Of a stretch of DNA of 64,000 bases, positions 1 to 9,571 are shown in pieces (position 1 is the stretch's first letter; the number at the start of each line of letters is the position of its first letter). Source of the DNA: a virus (lineage: Duplodnaviria; Caudoviricetes). Under the pieces are notes generated by a model. That model worked only from the letters and a program-made list of their open reading frames with translations. It made no database searches and had not been told where the DNA came from. The stretch lies in IMG/VR virus record IMGVR_UViG_3300044831_000007, positions 2,518 to 66,517 of that record; one strand, given 5' to 3'. Position numbers and translations under genes: made by a program.

Positions 1-366
1 GAGTACGCGCAACAGAAGACGGTTCACGAACGCGAAATCGGTTCGGTGGAGCGCTTCCGTTTCGTGACTTCACCGCTGCTCGCGTCGTTCGCCGGTGCGG
101 GCTCCGCCACGCTGAACGGTTGCTACTCGGTTGGCGCCACGAACGTTGATGTTTACCCGCTCATTCTGATGGCCCAAGACGCTTGGGCCTGCGTCGCGTT
201 GAAGGGGCAGGGCGCAGTCAAGCCGACGATTCTGAAGGCATCCGAAAAGAATCACGCGAACCCGCTGGGCCAGTTCGGCTACGTGGGCGCGAATTTCTGG
301 ATGGCTGCGGTTCGCCTGAATGAAAACTGGATGACCCGCATGGAAGTGGGCGTCACCGCTCTCTAA
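1..366 (+). CDS. Major capsid protein, C-terminal part (N4-gp56-like family); 5' end lies outside the window
   Basis: Frame 1 is open from base 1 (EYAQQKTVHEREIGSVERFRFVTSP...YPLILMAQDAWACVAL...NPLGQFGYVGANFWMAAVRLNENWMTRME), resembling N4-gp56-type capsid C-termini. Confidence 0.8.
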   Translation, partial: EYAQQKTVHEREIGSVERFRFVTSPLLASFAGAGSATLNGCYSVGATNVDVYPLILMAQDAWACVALKGQGAVKPTILKASEKNHANPLGQFGYVGANFWMAAVRLNENWMTRMEVGVTAL

Positions 367-434
367 GCCGTGATGGCTGGCGAGAACGGGGGACCTGAAA
401 TTCCCACGACGCCGGCCTGACTAGGAGAAACAAC

Positions 435-632
435 ATGGCAGCAGAAAGTATCACCCAGCGCGTGAACCTCTCGGCTCTCGACGCCGGTACGGCGCGTCAG
501 CTTAACGCGCTCCTGCAATCGATCGCGATAGACCTCGCCGCGCTCAAGACTGCAATCAACACGCACCAGCACGCAGCACTGAACGCAGCGCCGTCGCTGA
601 ATACGGTGGGCACCCTGAACACCAACCCGTAA
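435..632 (+). CDS. Small hypothetical virion-region protein (65 aa)
   Basis: AGGAGA RBS before ATG 435; directly follows the capsid gene. Confidence 0.7.
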   Translation: MAAESITQRVNLSALDAGTARQLNALLQSIAIDLAALKTAINTHQHAALNAAPSLNTVGTLNTNP

Positions 633-643
633 AGGAAAACGTC

Positions 644-1135
644 ATGAGCATTAACCTTACTGGCCAGCTCGCTGGCGGCAACTTTGCACTGGGAAAGGCT
701 GGTCTGGCCGCTGGCACGACCACGACCTATACGGTGACTAACCAGACCGACTACGCCATTGGCGGTGTCGCCTTTCGCAAGGCCACGGCGTCGAACGCGG
801 CATCGCCGACGCTCGACGGCAACACCGGCTTGGCCTTCAAGCCGCTGGTGCTGAACCAAGCGTGCGTGTTCGTATTCGCGCTCGATGCGGCTGGCACCGT
901 CACGGTGGCACAAGGCCCGATCGTGGACAACACCGCTGTGCTCGGCGGCTCGGCTGCATGCCAGTTCCCCGGCCTCGCGGATGGCAAGACGGCGATCGGC
1001 TACCTGCTCGCGCAGGCTGGCCCGACTGCGGTGGGTACGTGGCTTTTCGGCATCAACAACTTGTCGAGCGTCACCGGCCTGACCTTCACGTTCCGTGACG
1101 TGATCGCGCTGCCTCCGCAGCCGATCACTGCGTAA
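644..1135 (+). CDS. Putative head decoration/structural protein (163 aa)
   Basis: AAGGA RBS; Ala/Gly/Thr-rich, beta-type composition; function inferred from position after capsid. Confidence 0.55.
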   Translation: MSINLTGQLAGGNFALGKAGLAAGTTTTYTVTNQTDYAIGGVAFRKATASNAASPTLDGNTGLAFKPLVLNQACVFVFALDAAGTVTVAQGPIVDNTAVLGGSAACQFPGLADGKTAIGYLLAQAGPTAVGTWLFGINNLSSVTGLTFTFRDVIALPPQPITA

Positions 1136-1200
1136 TGGGTTTTTTCAAGCCTCGGTACGACCGTCGTATCGAGGACATTTTTTACCTACTGGGACGAATC

Positions 1201-1431
1201 ATGAGCGCACTTGACGACCTGCGAGCCGAAGTTACCGCAACCCTCAACGTTGAACAATCCGCCGTCACGCTGATTGAAGGCATCGCGGCACAACTTGCCG
1301 CAGCGCTGGCAAACCAGACCAACCCCGACCCGGCACTTGTTGCCCTGACTGAGGAACTGACGGCCAGTACAGCGGCGCTATCCGCAGCAGTGACGGCGAA
1401 CACCCCCGCCGCACCCGCACCGACGCCGTAA
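1201..1431 (+). CDS. Hypothetical Ala-rich coiled-coil protein (alternative start 1135)
   Basis: GGGA upstream of ATG 1201; helical MSALDDLRAEVTATL... sequence with a Pro-Ala tail. Confidence 0.65.
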   Translation: MSALDDLRAEVTATLNVEQSAVTLIEGIAAQLAAALANQTNPDPALVALTEELTASTAALSAAVTANTPAAPAPTP

Positions 1432-1477
1432 CCGCACTGCGTCTCCAGACACGACTCCTGCGAGAGACGTGTTTTAC

Positions 1478-1510
1478 AGCGGCCGTCCCTCGGGGCGGCC
1501 GTTGCTTTTT
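1478..1510 (+). terminator. Rho-independent terminator-like hairpin after the capsid gene block
   Basis: cagcggccgtccc-tc-ggggcggccgttg stem (with G-U pairs) followed by cttttt. Confidence 0.7.
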
Positions 1511-1540
1511 GGGGGCGCCCTAGAACCTTTGGAGAACAAC

Positions 1541-2023
1541 ATGGCAAAGCAGATTTACGGCGGGCTCGACTCGGACAGCGTGGTGATCGAGAGCCAGAAG
1601 CCTCTCGCCCTGGACGAGATTCATGCTGCCCACGCGAACCCTGAAAGTATTCAGGTGGAGTCTGTCACCGGCATCAATGCCGGCGACGACGCGCTCGCAC
1701 TCGAAGCATTCATGAACGAGCTGGTCACGGTGGTCATCGCGGAATCGACCAACGAAGAAGACCTGCCCGTGATCGTCATCGGCGTGAACGGCACGAATCA
1801 GCCGATCGTGCGCGGCGTGCCGACGCCGATCAAACGTAAGTACATCGAAGCCTTGGCCCGCGCGAAAGAGACGAAGTACCGGCAAACCCTGTCGGACCCG
1901 TCTGATCCGGGCTCTATCGTTCAGGTGCCGCGTACCGCACTCGCCTACCCGTTCAGCGTCGAGCGCGATGCGAACCCGGACGGGCGCGGCTGGCTTCGCA
2001 CGATCCTGTCGCAACCCGTTTAA
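1541..2023 (+). CDS. Conserved phage hypothetical protein (160 aa)
   Basis: GGAGA RBS at 1531, ATG 1541 (the track start at 1469 lies inside the terminator region). Confidence 0.75.
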   Translation: MAKQIYGGLDSDSVVIESQKPLALDEIHAAHANPESIQVESVTGINAGDDALALEAFMNELVTVVIAESTNEEDLPVIVIGVNGTNQPIVRGVPTPIKRKYIEALARAKETKYRQTLSDPSDPGSIVQVPRTALAYPFSVERDANPDGRGWLRTILSQPV

Positions 2024-2034
2024 GCGAGGCCCGC

Positions 2035-2703
2035 ATGAATTTCGTTCAACTGGTGGAAAACCTGCGCGTGGAGTGCGGCGTTTCCGGCTCCCCACTGGTG
2101 ACTGTGCAAACCGTCTCGGGTGAGATGCTGCGCCTGCGGAACTGGATCGCTGACGCATGGAACGAGATTCAGGTATCCCGGCAAGAGTGGAAGTTCCTGC
2201 GGGCTCAGTTCAGCTTCAACACGCAAGCGAACAAGCAGCAATACACGCTGGCGGATTTGAGCCTGACGAACCTCGATATGTGGAAGCAGAACAGCTTTTG
2301 GATTTACGACCCCGCTATCGGGATCGCAGACCAGATGCCGTTTAATCCGCTGCCGTGGGATGACTTTCGCGAAATGTATATCCGTGGCTCGCAGACCCCG
2401 CAGAAGCCGCAGCGCTTTGCGCTTGCCACGGATGACTCCATCTGGCTCGGCCCGCTGCCCGACAACGTGTACACGATCAGTGGGGAGTATTGGACCGATC
2501 CGGTTCAGCTCTCGGCCGACTTGGACACGCCTTCTATGCCGGTGCAGTTTCACAAACTGGTCGTCTATGAAGCGATGAAGAAGTTCGCGGGCTACGACGC
2601 GGCGACCGAAGTCTATCAGCGCGCGGTGAATGAAGGCTCGCACATGCGCACGATGCTGGAAATTAAGCAGTTGCCGCCGGTGACGATTGACGGGGGGTTC
2701 TGA
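2035..2703 (+). CDS. Head-tail adaptor / tail tubular protein A-like (222 aa)
   Basis: Size, position before a 619-aa nozzle-like gene, and pattern IADAWNEIQ...W.FLR...IWLGPLPDNVYTISGEY...MPVQFH typical of podoviral adaptors. Confidence 0.65.
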   Translation: MNFVQLVENLRVECGVSGSPLVTVQTVSGEMLRLRNWIADAWNEIQVSRQEWKFLRAQFSFNTQANKQQYTLADLSLTNLDMWKQNSFWIYDPAIGIADQMPFNPLPWDDFREMYIRGSQTPQKPQRFALATDDSIWLGPLPDNVYTISGEYWTDPVQLSADLDTPSMPVQFHKLVVYEAMKKFAGYDAATEVYQRAVNEGSHMRTMLEIKQLPPVTIDGGF

Positions 2704-4562
2704 TGACGATGCCGATCCCGAAGATGCCGCCGACGCAGACGGAGGCGTTTCTGCTCAAGGGCGGGCTCGACCTCGTTAGCCCTGCACTCTCCATCTCTCC
2801 CGGCGCTTGCCGTGACTCGTTGAACTTCGAGTGCAACCTTCTCGGCGGCTATTCACGCATCTCGGGCTATGAGCGCTTCGACGGTCGGCCAAGTCCTTCC
2901 GATCAGACTTACTGGTCGTTTCCCGCAACCATCTCGGGCGCGCTGGTCGCAGGCAACACGATCACGGGCGCCACGTCTGGCGCCACGGGCGTGGTGTGCC
3001 TGATCGACACGACCACTGTACCCGGCACGACCTACATTGCCTTCACGAAACTGGTCGGCGGATTCCTGGCCGGCGGTGAAAACCTGAAGGTAGGCGGCAC
3101 CGTAGTCGCGCACGCGGCAACGGCTGAATCGCGCACGGGAGCGCCGACCCCGAAGTCCAATGCAGTCTGGACCAAGGCAGTGGCGGATAACTACCGCGCG
3201 GACATTCAGAAAGTTCCGGGCTCCGGCGCGATCCTCGGCGTCTGGGTGTACAACGATGTGACCTATGCTTTTCGCAACAACGCGGGCGGTACGGCCGCAG
3301 TGATGTACAAGAGCACGGTGAGCGGCTGGACGATCGTCACAACGCCCACGCTGCTCCCCGGCGGCAAGTACGAATTCGTTAACGCGAACTTCGGCGGCAC
3401 GGCCGCGATGATGAAGATGTTCGGCTGTGATGCAACCAACAAGGCGTTCTCGTTCGACGGTACGACCTTTACCCAGATCACCACGGGCATGGCGAGCGAT
3501 ACGCCGCAGCACGTCGAGTTTCACAAGAATTATCTGTGGCTCACGTTCAAGGCGAGCTTGCAGCACTCGGGCATTAGCGACCCGTACACCTGGAGCGCGG
3601 TGGTCGGTGCGGGCGAGCTGGCGCTGGGTGATGATATTACAGCGATTCGTTCGTACATCGGCAACAGCAGCTACATCGGCTCCAGTGCATCGAACGCGAT
3701 GCTGGTGACGACGAACTCGAAGACGTTCGTGCTGTACGGCGCGAGCAACAGCGACTTTTCGCTGGCCACGCACTCGGCGGTTGCTGGCGCGGTCAAGGAC
3801 AGCTTGCAGGTGATGGACCAACCGTATTTCCTCTCGGACTTGGGGCTGGTCAACCTCGCGGTCACGCAGGCTTACGGCAACTTCTTGATGTCTTCGCTCT
3901 CGCAGCTTATTAACCCGTTCGTCCAAAACGAGCACTCGCGCGTCACGTCGAGCTGCATCGTGCGCACGAAGAGCCAGTACCGCATCTATTTCTCGGATAG
4001 CTACGGCATTCACGTCACGTTCAATAACGGCAAGATCATCGGGATGATGGTCGTGAATATCAACATCGCGCTGCGGTGTATCGCGTCTGTTAAGAAGGCC
4101 AACAATGACGAAGTAATTTTCGCCGGCTCCGATGACGGGTACGTCTATCAACTGGAGAAGGGCGGCAGCTTCGACGGTGGCCAGATCATCGGCTACCTGA
4201 ATCTCGCGTTTGCCGCGTTCAAGTCGCCACGGATGCGCAAGCACTTCCGTAAGGCCGTGCTGGAAGTGAAGGGCAATGGGTATCTTGAATACCTCCTGTC
4301 TTATGACCTCTCTTGGTCTACCGCACAAATTGCACCGACCCCGGCGCAAAACGCGGTGCTGGCACTTGCGACCACGAACTGGGACACGTTCTTTTGGGAC
4401 CAGTTTTACTGGGACGGAGTGAATAACGCGCCTACCGAAATTGGTCTCGACGGCACTGGAGAAAACATTGGGCTCAAGCTCGTAACGCAAGCGGACTTCT
4501 TGCTGCCGTTCACGGTTTCGAGCGTGATCATTCATTACACGGTGCGCCGCCAACTGAGATAA
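2703..4562 (+). CDS. Tail nozzle / tail tubular protein B-like (619 aa)
   Basis: Coupled to the adaptor stop; beta-propeller-like composition; C-terminal WDTFFWDQFYWDG motif; lies between adaptor and fibre. Confidence 0.65.
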   Translation: MTMPIPKMPPTQTEAFLLKGGLDLVSPALSISPGACRDSLNFECNLLGGYSRISGYERFDGRPSPSDQTYWSFPATISGALVAGNTITGATSGATGVVCLIDTTTVPGTTYIAFTKLVGGFLAGGENLKVGGTVVAHAATAESRTGAPTPKSNAVWTKAVADNYRADIQKVPGSGAILGVWVYNDVTYAFRNNAGGTAAVMYKSTVSGWTIVTTPTLLPGGKYEFVNANFGGTAAMMKMFGCDATNKAFSFDGTTFTQITTGMASDTPQHVEFHKNYLWLTFKASLQHSGISDPYTWSAVVGAGELALGDDITAIRSYIGNSSYIGSSASNAMLVTTNSKTFVLYGASNSDFSLATHSAVAGAVKDSLQVMDQPYFLSDLGLVNLAVTQAYGNFLMSSLSQLINPFVQNEHSRVTSSCIVRTKSQYRIYFSDSYGIHVTFNNGKIIGMMVVNINIALRCIASVKKANNDEVIFAGSDDGYVYQLEKGGSFDGGQIIGYLNLAFAAFKSPRMRKHFRKAVLEVKGNGYLEYLLSYDLSWSTAQIAPTPAQNAVLALATTNWDTFFWDQFYWDGVNNAPTEIGLDGTGENIGLKLVTQADFLLPFTVSSVIIHYTVRRQLR

Positions 4563-4565
4563 GAA

Positions 4566-6326
4566 ATGTCCAACGGCTACTATTCCCACACGACTTACCC
4601 GCAGACTAATGCACAGGGCGCATCGTCCGCGATGCGTGCCGAACTCGATGCGATGATGTCGGGATTCAACCTGCTGCCTAATCCGCTGGGCTCGGGGCAA
4701 CAGGGCTTTGTCGGCGGGCAGTGGAACACTCCGATCGTTGTCGGCGGCATCATCGACAATGCCGCGATCGGCTCGATCACCCCCGGTCCCGGCGCCTTCA
4801 CGACGCTCGCGGCGGGCGGCGATATCACGCGCGACGGTCTGCCGACGACCAAGCGCGCGATCAACTTCCGGTCCAACGGTGTGAATCGCGCGGAACTCTA
4901 TCTCAGCGCGAACGAGACGAGCGGCAACGGCGGATCGGACATCATGCTGGATACCTTCTCGGACGCCGGCGCGCTGATCGCCACGGTCATGAAGATCGTG
5001 CGCAAGACTTCGGCCGTGGTGCTCGCGGGCGGGCTTAGCGCGCTCTCGATCGACGCCACGCCGATCGGGCAGAACGCGGCAGCGGCAGGCAGCTTTACGA
5101 ACTTCGCTGCGAGCGGCACGGCAGTGGTGAGCGGCGCGGCATTCTTCGGCAGCTCGGTCGAAATCAATGGCATGGCGCCGCATCTGTACCAGACCGACAC
5201 GGCGCAGACCGGCGCGCTCGGCAAGTTCCGCATCTTCAACAACTCGAATCAATGGGGCGTGCAGCGTAATACGGCCGCACTCGGCGACTACTCCACGCTT
5301 TCCTCGCCACTGTTCATCAACGCCTCGGACACGCTGATTCTCACGCGCCGGCCGGTGTTCAATGGCATGAACCCGTGGGATAGCGCCAACTTGCCGAACC
5401 CGGTGCAGACCACGGGCGCCACGTTCACCGGTGCCGTGACCTTCGCCAATACGGTGACGTTCTCAAATCAGACAGCCATTGTGCTGGATTCGGGTAACAC
5501 GACCGTCAGCGCGTATCTGGTTTTCAAGGCGAACGCCTATCAGCCATACATGCGGTCGAACGCATCGAATTCGTCCATCGAATTCGTCAACAGCGCGAAC
5601 ACGGTCGTCAACGCGCAAGTGTTCGATAACGGCACGGTGACGTTCCCGCGCGCTCGGCCGAACTGGGTGGGGCTCACGCCATGGGATAACGGCAACTTGC
5701 CGAACCCTGCCGTGACCACGGGCACGACGTTCAGCGGTCAGGTGGACCATAACTCAACGCTTCGGATGCTGAATGCCAATTCCATCCAACTCTGGTCGCA
5801 GAGCAACGGCTATTTCGGGGTTCTGCGCGGCGATTCGGCAGGACTTGTTGGCTTCATCAATGTGTCGCAGAGCGCCTGGAACATGCAGATTTTTGACGGC
5901 GGCACGGTTGTGTTCCCGCGCGCTCGACCGAGTTGGGCGGGCCTCACGCCGTGGGATAACGGCAACCTGACCCCGGCCATCTACATGGTGCAGCGTCGCG
6001 GCGGCACCAATCGTGGCTATGTCGTGACCGACACGGATAACCGGATCACGTTCAACTGGGAAGGGCGCGTCCGGGTGTATGTGGACGACTCGAATCAGGG
6101 CTTGCTCTGGACCGATACGAACTTCGATCCGAATGGTAAGGCTGCTGCGGGCGCGCAAGTCCAATGGGGCAGCGGCGTCACTGAACTCGGGCCGATTGGT
6201 CCGAACGGGGGCTCTACGACCACGGGCGACAGCGCCCCGTTTGTCCAAGTCGGTATGCGCTCGTGCGGCGGTTCGTCTACAGCGAACTGTATCTACATCC
6301 ACGTTGCATGGCTCAGGAATCAGTGA
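4566..6326 (+). CDS. Tail fibre protein (586 aa) with internal repeats
   Basis: Thr/Asn/Gly-rich; three PWD(S/N)(A/G)NL repeats; followed by a chaperone-like gene. Confidence 0.8.
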   Translation: MSNGYYSHTTYPQTNAQGASSAMRAELDAMMSGFNLLPNPLGSGQQGFVGGQWNTPIVVGGIIDNAAIGSITPGPGAFTTLAAGGDITRDGLPTTKRAINFRSNGVNRAELYLSANETSGNGGSDIMLDTFSDAGALIATVMKIVRKTSAVVLAGGLSALSIDATPIGQNAAAAGSFTNFAASGTAVVSGAAFFGSSVEINGMAPHLYQTDTAQTGALGKFRIFNNSNQWGVQRNTAALGDYSTLSSPLFINASDTLILTRRPVFNGMNPWDSANLPNPVQTTGATFTGAVTFANTVTFSNQTAIVLDSGNTTVSAYLVFKANAYQPYMRSNASNSSIEFVNSANTVVNAQVFDNGTVTFPRARPNWVGLTPWDNGNLPNPAVTTGTTFSGQVDHNSTLRMLNANSIQLWSQSNGYFGVLRGDSAGLVGFINVSQSAWNMQIFDGGTVVFPRARPSWAGLTPWDNGNLTPAIYMVQRRGGTNRGYVVTDTDNRITFNWEGRVRVYVDDSNQGLLWTDTNFDPNGKAAAGAQVQWGSGVTELGPIGPNGGSTTTGDSAPFVQVGMRSCGGSSTANCIYIHVAWLRNQ

Positions 6327-6328
6327 TC

Positions 6329-6736
6329 ATGATGATGACCAATGAGGACTTGTTCTATCTGCTGCAAAAGCTGTATCCGGGCACGGACAATGGCAAGGAC
6401 TACCTGACGGCGCACGACCTCGATGCGGACCACGCGCAGACGGGCCATGCCTATCTTTTCTGGTGGAAGCTGGATGCGCCCAAGCCATCGAAGACTGAGT
6501 TACTTGCGCTTTGGCATCAGCACGGCGCGGGTATTCTCGCCGAGCGCGAACTGGCATTGCTGCGCGATGAGCGCAACAGCCGGCTCGCCGTGGCCGATAC
6601 GCTGGTCGAACGCGCGATCGATCAGGGTGATGCGTCAGCGGAAGCCGCAGCGCGCAAGTATCGCCAAGCACTGCGCGATGTACCGCAGCAACCGGGTTTC
6701 CCGGATGTGATTGACTGGCCGGCTCTGCCTGCCTGA
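6329..6736 (+). CDS. Tail fibre assembly chaperone (XkdW/Tfa-like)
   Basis: AGGAA RBS; LRDERNSRLA...ARKYRQALRDVPQQPGFPDVIDWPALP C-terminus is characteristic of tail fibre assembly chaperones. Confidence 0.8.
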   Translation: MMMTNEDLFYLLQKLYPGTDNGKDYLTAHDLDADHAQTGHAYLFWWKLDAPKPSKTELLALWHQHGAGILAERELALLRDERNSRLAVADTLVERAIDQGDASAEAAARKYRQALRDVPQQPGFPDVIDWPALPA

Positions 6737-6767
6737 TTTCCTAAAGCATAAAACTGGAGAAATAAAA

Positions 6768-6971
6768 ATGCCGGAACTGTACGAGCTGAAGCTGCCGAAA
6801 CAAGGCATGGACATCATCCTCGCTGGCCTCGCCGAGCTGCCCTACAAGGCTTCCGGTGCGCTCATTGAAGAGTGCATGAAGCAGTGGACGCAGCAAGAGC
6901 GCGACGAACAGCAAGCCGCCGACACCGCGAGGATCGAACAGGCCAAGGAGCTGGACAAGCTCACGCAGTAA
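6768..6971 (+). CDS. Hypothetical protein (67 aa)
   Basis: GGAGA RBS, ATG 6768; followed by a terminator. Confidence 0.7.
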   Translation: MPELYELKLPKQGMDIILAGLAELPYKASGALIEECMKQWTQQERDEQQAADTARIEQAKELDKLTQ

Positions 6972-6990
6972 GCACATCCCGAAGCAGAGC

Positions 6991-7017
6991 AAAGGGCCGC
7001 ACTTAGCGGCCCTTTTT
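6991..7017 (+). terminator. Rho-independent terminator (possibly bidirectional)
   Basis: aaagggccgc-actta-gcggcccttt perfect stem followed by further Ts. Confidence 0.85.
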
Positions 7018-7031
7018 CATTGGAGCCGCAC

Positions 7032-7280
7032 ATGACGCTCATCGAAGACGCAAAAAATGTCCTCCTCAAATCCTGGTCCAGCCGACTCGGCTTCATCTCC
7101 GCCGTCGCCGGCATCCTCGCTCAATTCCAAGATTCCCTTCCTCTCATTCGTGACTTCGTTCCTGCGAATGCTTTCGCGGTCCTCGCCATCGTCTGCGCCC
7201 TCAGCGTCACCGTCGCCCGAATCGTCAAGCAAGACAACCTCGCGGGGAGCGGCGATGGACAGCCAAAAGAGCTGGCGTGA
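7032..7280 (+). CDS. Putative holin (82 aa)
   Basis: Two hydrophobic segments, KSWSSRL motif, overlaps the endolysin start. Confidence 0.7.
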   Translation: MTLIEDAKNVLLKSWSSRLGFISAVAGILAQFQDSLPLIRDFVPANAFAVLAIVCALSVTVARIVKQDNLAGSGDGQPKELA

Positions 7281-7749
7281 TTACTTCGATGCGCTGGTGA
7301 AGCCCTTCGAAAACCTCAAGCTCAAGGCCTATCCCGACCCGCTAACGGGCGGTGCGCCGTGGACGTGCGGCTGGGGCTGCACGGGTCCCGACATCGGCCC
7401 GAATACGGTGTGGACCGAAAGTGTCGCGCAACAGCGCTTTGACGAAAAGGCTGAAGAGTTTGGTGCGATGGCCGACGCGGCGCTGAGCGTCTATCTCGAC
7501 CCGTGGCAGAAAGCCGCGTTCGTCTCGATCCTCTTCAACGTGGGGCACGGCAGCGCTTGGCGTGACGGAATCATCCGCCTCAAAACGGGCGAGCCCTCGA
7601 CGCTGCTGCGCAAGCTCAACGCAGGCGACCCCACGGCCTCGCTTGAATTCCTCAAGTGGATCAGCCCCGGCACGAATGTCACGAACGGTCTCAAGCGCCG
7701 GCGCTGCATTGAAAAAGTCCTGTTCGACACCGGGGAGCTAACGCCATGA
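7255..7749 (+). CDS. Endolysin, T4/GH24-type lysozyme (164 aa)
   Basis: FENLKLKAYPDPLTGGAPWTCGWG: E-x8-D catalytic spacing plus the downstream T; GLKRRR C-terminal motif; ATG 7255 with GGGAG RBS. Confidence 0.9.
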   Translation: MDSQKSWRDYFDALVKPFENLKLKAYPDPLTGGAPWTCGWGCTGPDIGPNTVWTESVAQQRFDEKAEEFGAMADAALSVYLDPWQKAAFVSILFNVGHGSAWRDGIIRLKTGEPSTLLRKLNAGDPTASLEFLKWISPGTNVTNGLKRRRCIEKVLFDTGELTP

Positions 7750-8240
7750 ACCCTTGGCTTCTGCTTGGCATCGGCGTGCTCTGGATCGCGAGCCTTGGCG
7801 GGGTCTACGTGAAGGCGACCGACATCCAGAAGAACCAAGACACGGCGGCAGCGGCCAAGGTGCTCGACGCGAAGCTGAAGGAAGCCGAAGACAACTGGGC
7901 CACGAATTATCAGGCCCAACTGGAACTTGAACAGGAGAAGCAACGCAATGAGCGCGTTCGCCAGCGACACACAAGCCAAGTCGCCACTGCACTGGCTGTG
8001 GACGCTGGCGCTCGTAATTGCACTCTTGCTGCTGCCTCTATTGGGGTGCTCCGCAGTTCTATCGACGCAAGTAACGGCGCCCAGGATGCCGCCGCCAGCG
8101 GCGGCAATGACGGACTGCAACCCGGCGACAGTGCCAACGGACGGAAGCCTGTACGCGCTGGCGACGGCGCTGGAACAAACGGCGTGGACTCTATCGGCGT
8201 GCCGACTGAGCCACAAAGAGCTGCGGGATTGGACCACTAA
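7746..8240 (+). CDS. Rz: i-spanin (Rz-like)
   Basis: N-terminal TM helix then coiled coil; immediately after the endolysin; overlapped by a lipoprotein ORF. Confidence 0.75.
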   Translation: MNPWLLLGIGVLWIASLGGVYVKATDIQKNQDTAAAAKVLDAKLKEAEDNWATNYQAQLELEQEKQRNERVRQRHTSQVATALAVDAGARNCTLAAASIGVLRSSIDASNGAQDAAASGGNDGLQPGDSANGRKPVRAGDGAGTNGVDSIGVPTEPQRAAGLDH

Positions 8241-8256
8241 GAATTGGAGCCACTAA
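7948..8256 (+). CDS. Rz1: o-spanin lipoprotein (Rz1-like), overlapping Rz in another frame
   Basis: AGGAGA RBS; hydrophobic signal ending LLGC (lipobox), Pro-rich segment, additional Cys residues. Confidence 0.75.
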   Translation: MSAFASDTQAKSPLHWLWTLALVIALLLLPLLGCSAVLSTQVTAPRMPPPAAAMTDCNPATVPTDGSLYALATALEQTAWTLSACRLSHKELRDWTTKNWSH

Positions 8257-8257
8257 C

Positions 8258-9568
8258 ATGGCCGGACTGATCAACGACGCTACGGGCGCCGCCTCGTTGC
8301 CGAACGTCTCGTATGCGGGCGTGGTCGGCGCAAACGCGACCAATGCGAATACGACGAACGCGGCCGCGACGAACGCGGCAGCGGCGAACGCCGGTTCGAC
8401 AGGCTACACGGGAGCGCAATCGCAAGCCGCGCAGATGCAGGCGAGCACCGGCACCGCCTCGACGGCGGGACTCGCTACAAACACGATTGATGATAACCAG
8501 ACCGTTGCCGGCCAGTTGAAGAGCCTGATTAGCGACAACAGTCCGCTGCTTCAGCAGGCTCGCTCGCAGGCGGTTCAGTCGGCGAACTCCCGTGGACTGG
8601 TGAACAGCTCGATGGCGCAGACCGCCGCTGACTCCGCGCTCTACAGCGCGGCCACGCCGATCGCGACCTCGGACGCGAACACGTATTTCCAGAACGGCAC
8701 GAACACCGCCGCTGCGACGAACCAGAACAGCCAGTACAACGCATCGAATGCACAGGACATGACGAAGACGAATCTCGGCTTCGAGAACACGGCTTCGCAA
8801 GTCAACGCGGCGAACCAGCAGCAAACGGGGCTCGCCAACCAGAACGCGACGAACGCCGCTTCGCAATTCACGGCGGGTGCATCGAACACGGCCGCGCTTC
8901 AAAACGCGAACAACCAGACCGACGTCTCGAAGACGAACGCGGCGCTTGGCACGGACGTGTCGAAGTCGAATGCGGCAGCGGCGAACACCACGAGTCAGTT
9001 CAACGCGACGCAGCAGAACCAGACCTCGCAGTTCAACGCCAGTTCGGCGAATCAGGCCTCGCAGTTCAACACGACGCAGGCGAACAACGCCTCGCTCGCG
9101 CAGATGGACGCGGACCTGAAAACCTACATGGATACGCAGGACAACGCCAACAAGGTCACGTTGCAGGCGATGGACGGCGCGACCAAGACGAATCTGGCCA
9201 ACATCCAAGCCCAGTATCAGCAACAACTGCAATCGTCTCAGTCGGCCTCCGACATCTACAAGACGATCGTCGGGAACATCAGCGGGATCATGACCAACAA
9301 GGACATGGACGCGGGCGCGAAGCAGGCGGCAGTCGATCAGCAGGTATCGATGCTCAAGGACGGCATGGCCGTGGCGCAAGCGGTGGGCACGCTGGACTTG
9401 ACCAGCATCCTGACTTTTGATGCTGGCGCGACAGCCCGTGCTAACGCGGCGGCTAATCCTCCGCCGCCTCCGCCTCCGCCTCCGCCTCAATATTACGGGT
9501 ACGGCCCGAACAACATGCAAAGCAACGGCTACGGTGGGGGCGGTGGTGGCGGTGGTGGCGGAGCCTAA
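8258..9568 (+). CDS. Putative internal virion/ejection protein (436 aa), Asn/Ala/Gln-rich
   Basis: Repetitive N/A/Q/T composition; ends in Pro9 and Gly10 tracts; first gene of the pre-giant-protein block. Confidence 0.55.
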   Translation: MAGLINDATGAASLPNVSYAGVVGANATNANTTNAAATNAAAANAGSTGYTGAQSQAAQMQASTGTASTAGLATNTIDDNQTVAGQLKSLISDNSPLLQQARSQAVQSANSRGLVNSSMAQTAADSALYSAATPIATSDANTYFQNGTNTAAATNQNSQYNASNAQDMTKTNLGFENTASQVNAANQQQTGLANQNATNAASQFTAGASNTAALQNANNQTDVSKTNAALGTDVSKSNAAAANTTSQFNATQQNQTSQFNASSANQASQFNTTQANNASLAQMDADLKTYMDTQDNANKVTLQAMDGATKTNLANIQAQYQQQLQSSQSASDIYKTIVGNISGIMTNKDMDAGAKQAAVDQQVSMLKDGMAVAQAVGTLDLTSILTFDAGATARANAAANPPPPPPPPPPQYYGYGPNNMQSNGYGGGGGGGGGGA

Positions 9569-9571
9569 GCC

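Noticed and set aside
4566-6736. Diversity-generating retroelement acting on the tail fibre (BPP-1-like)
   Set aside because: No reverse transcriptase motifs and no template/variable repeat pair differing at adenines were seen; the fibre repeats are internal and in frame.
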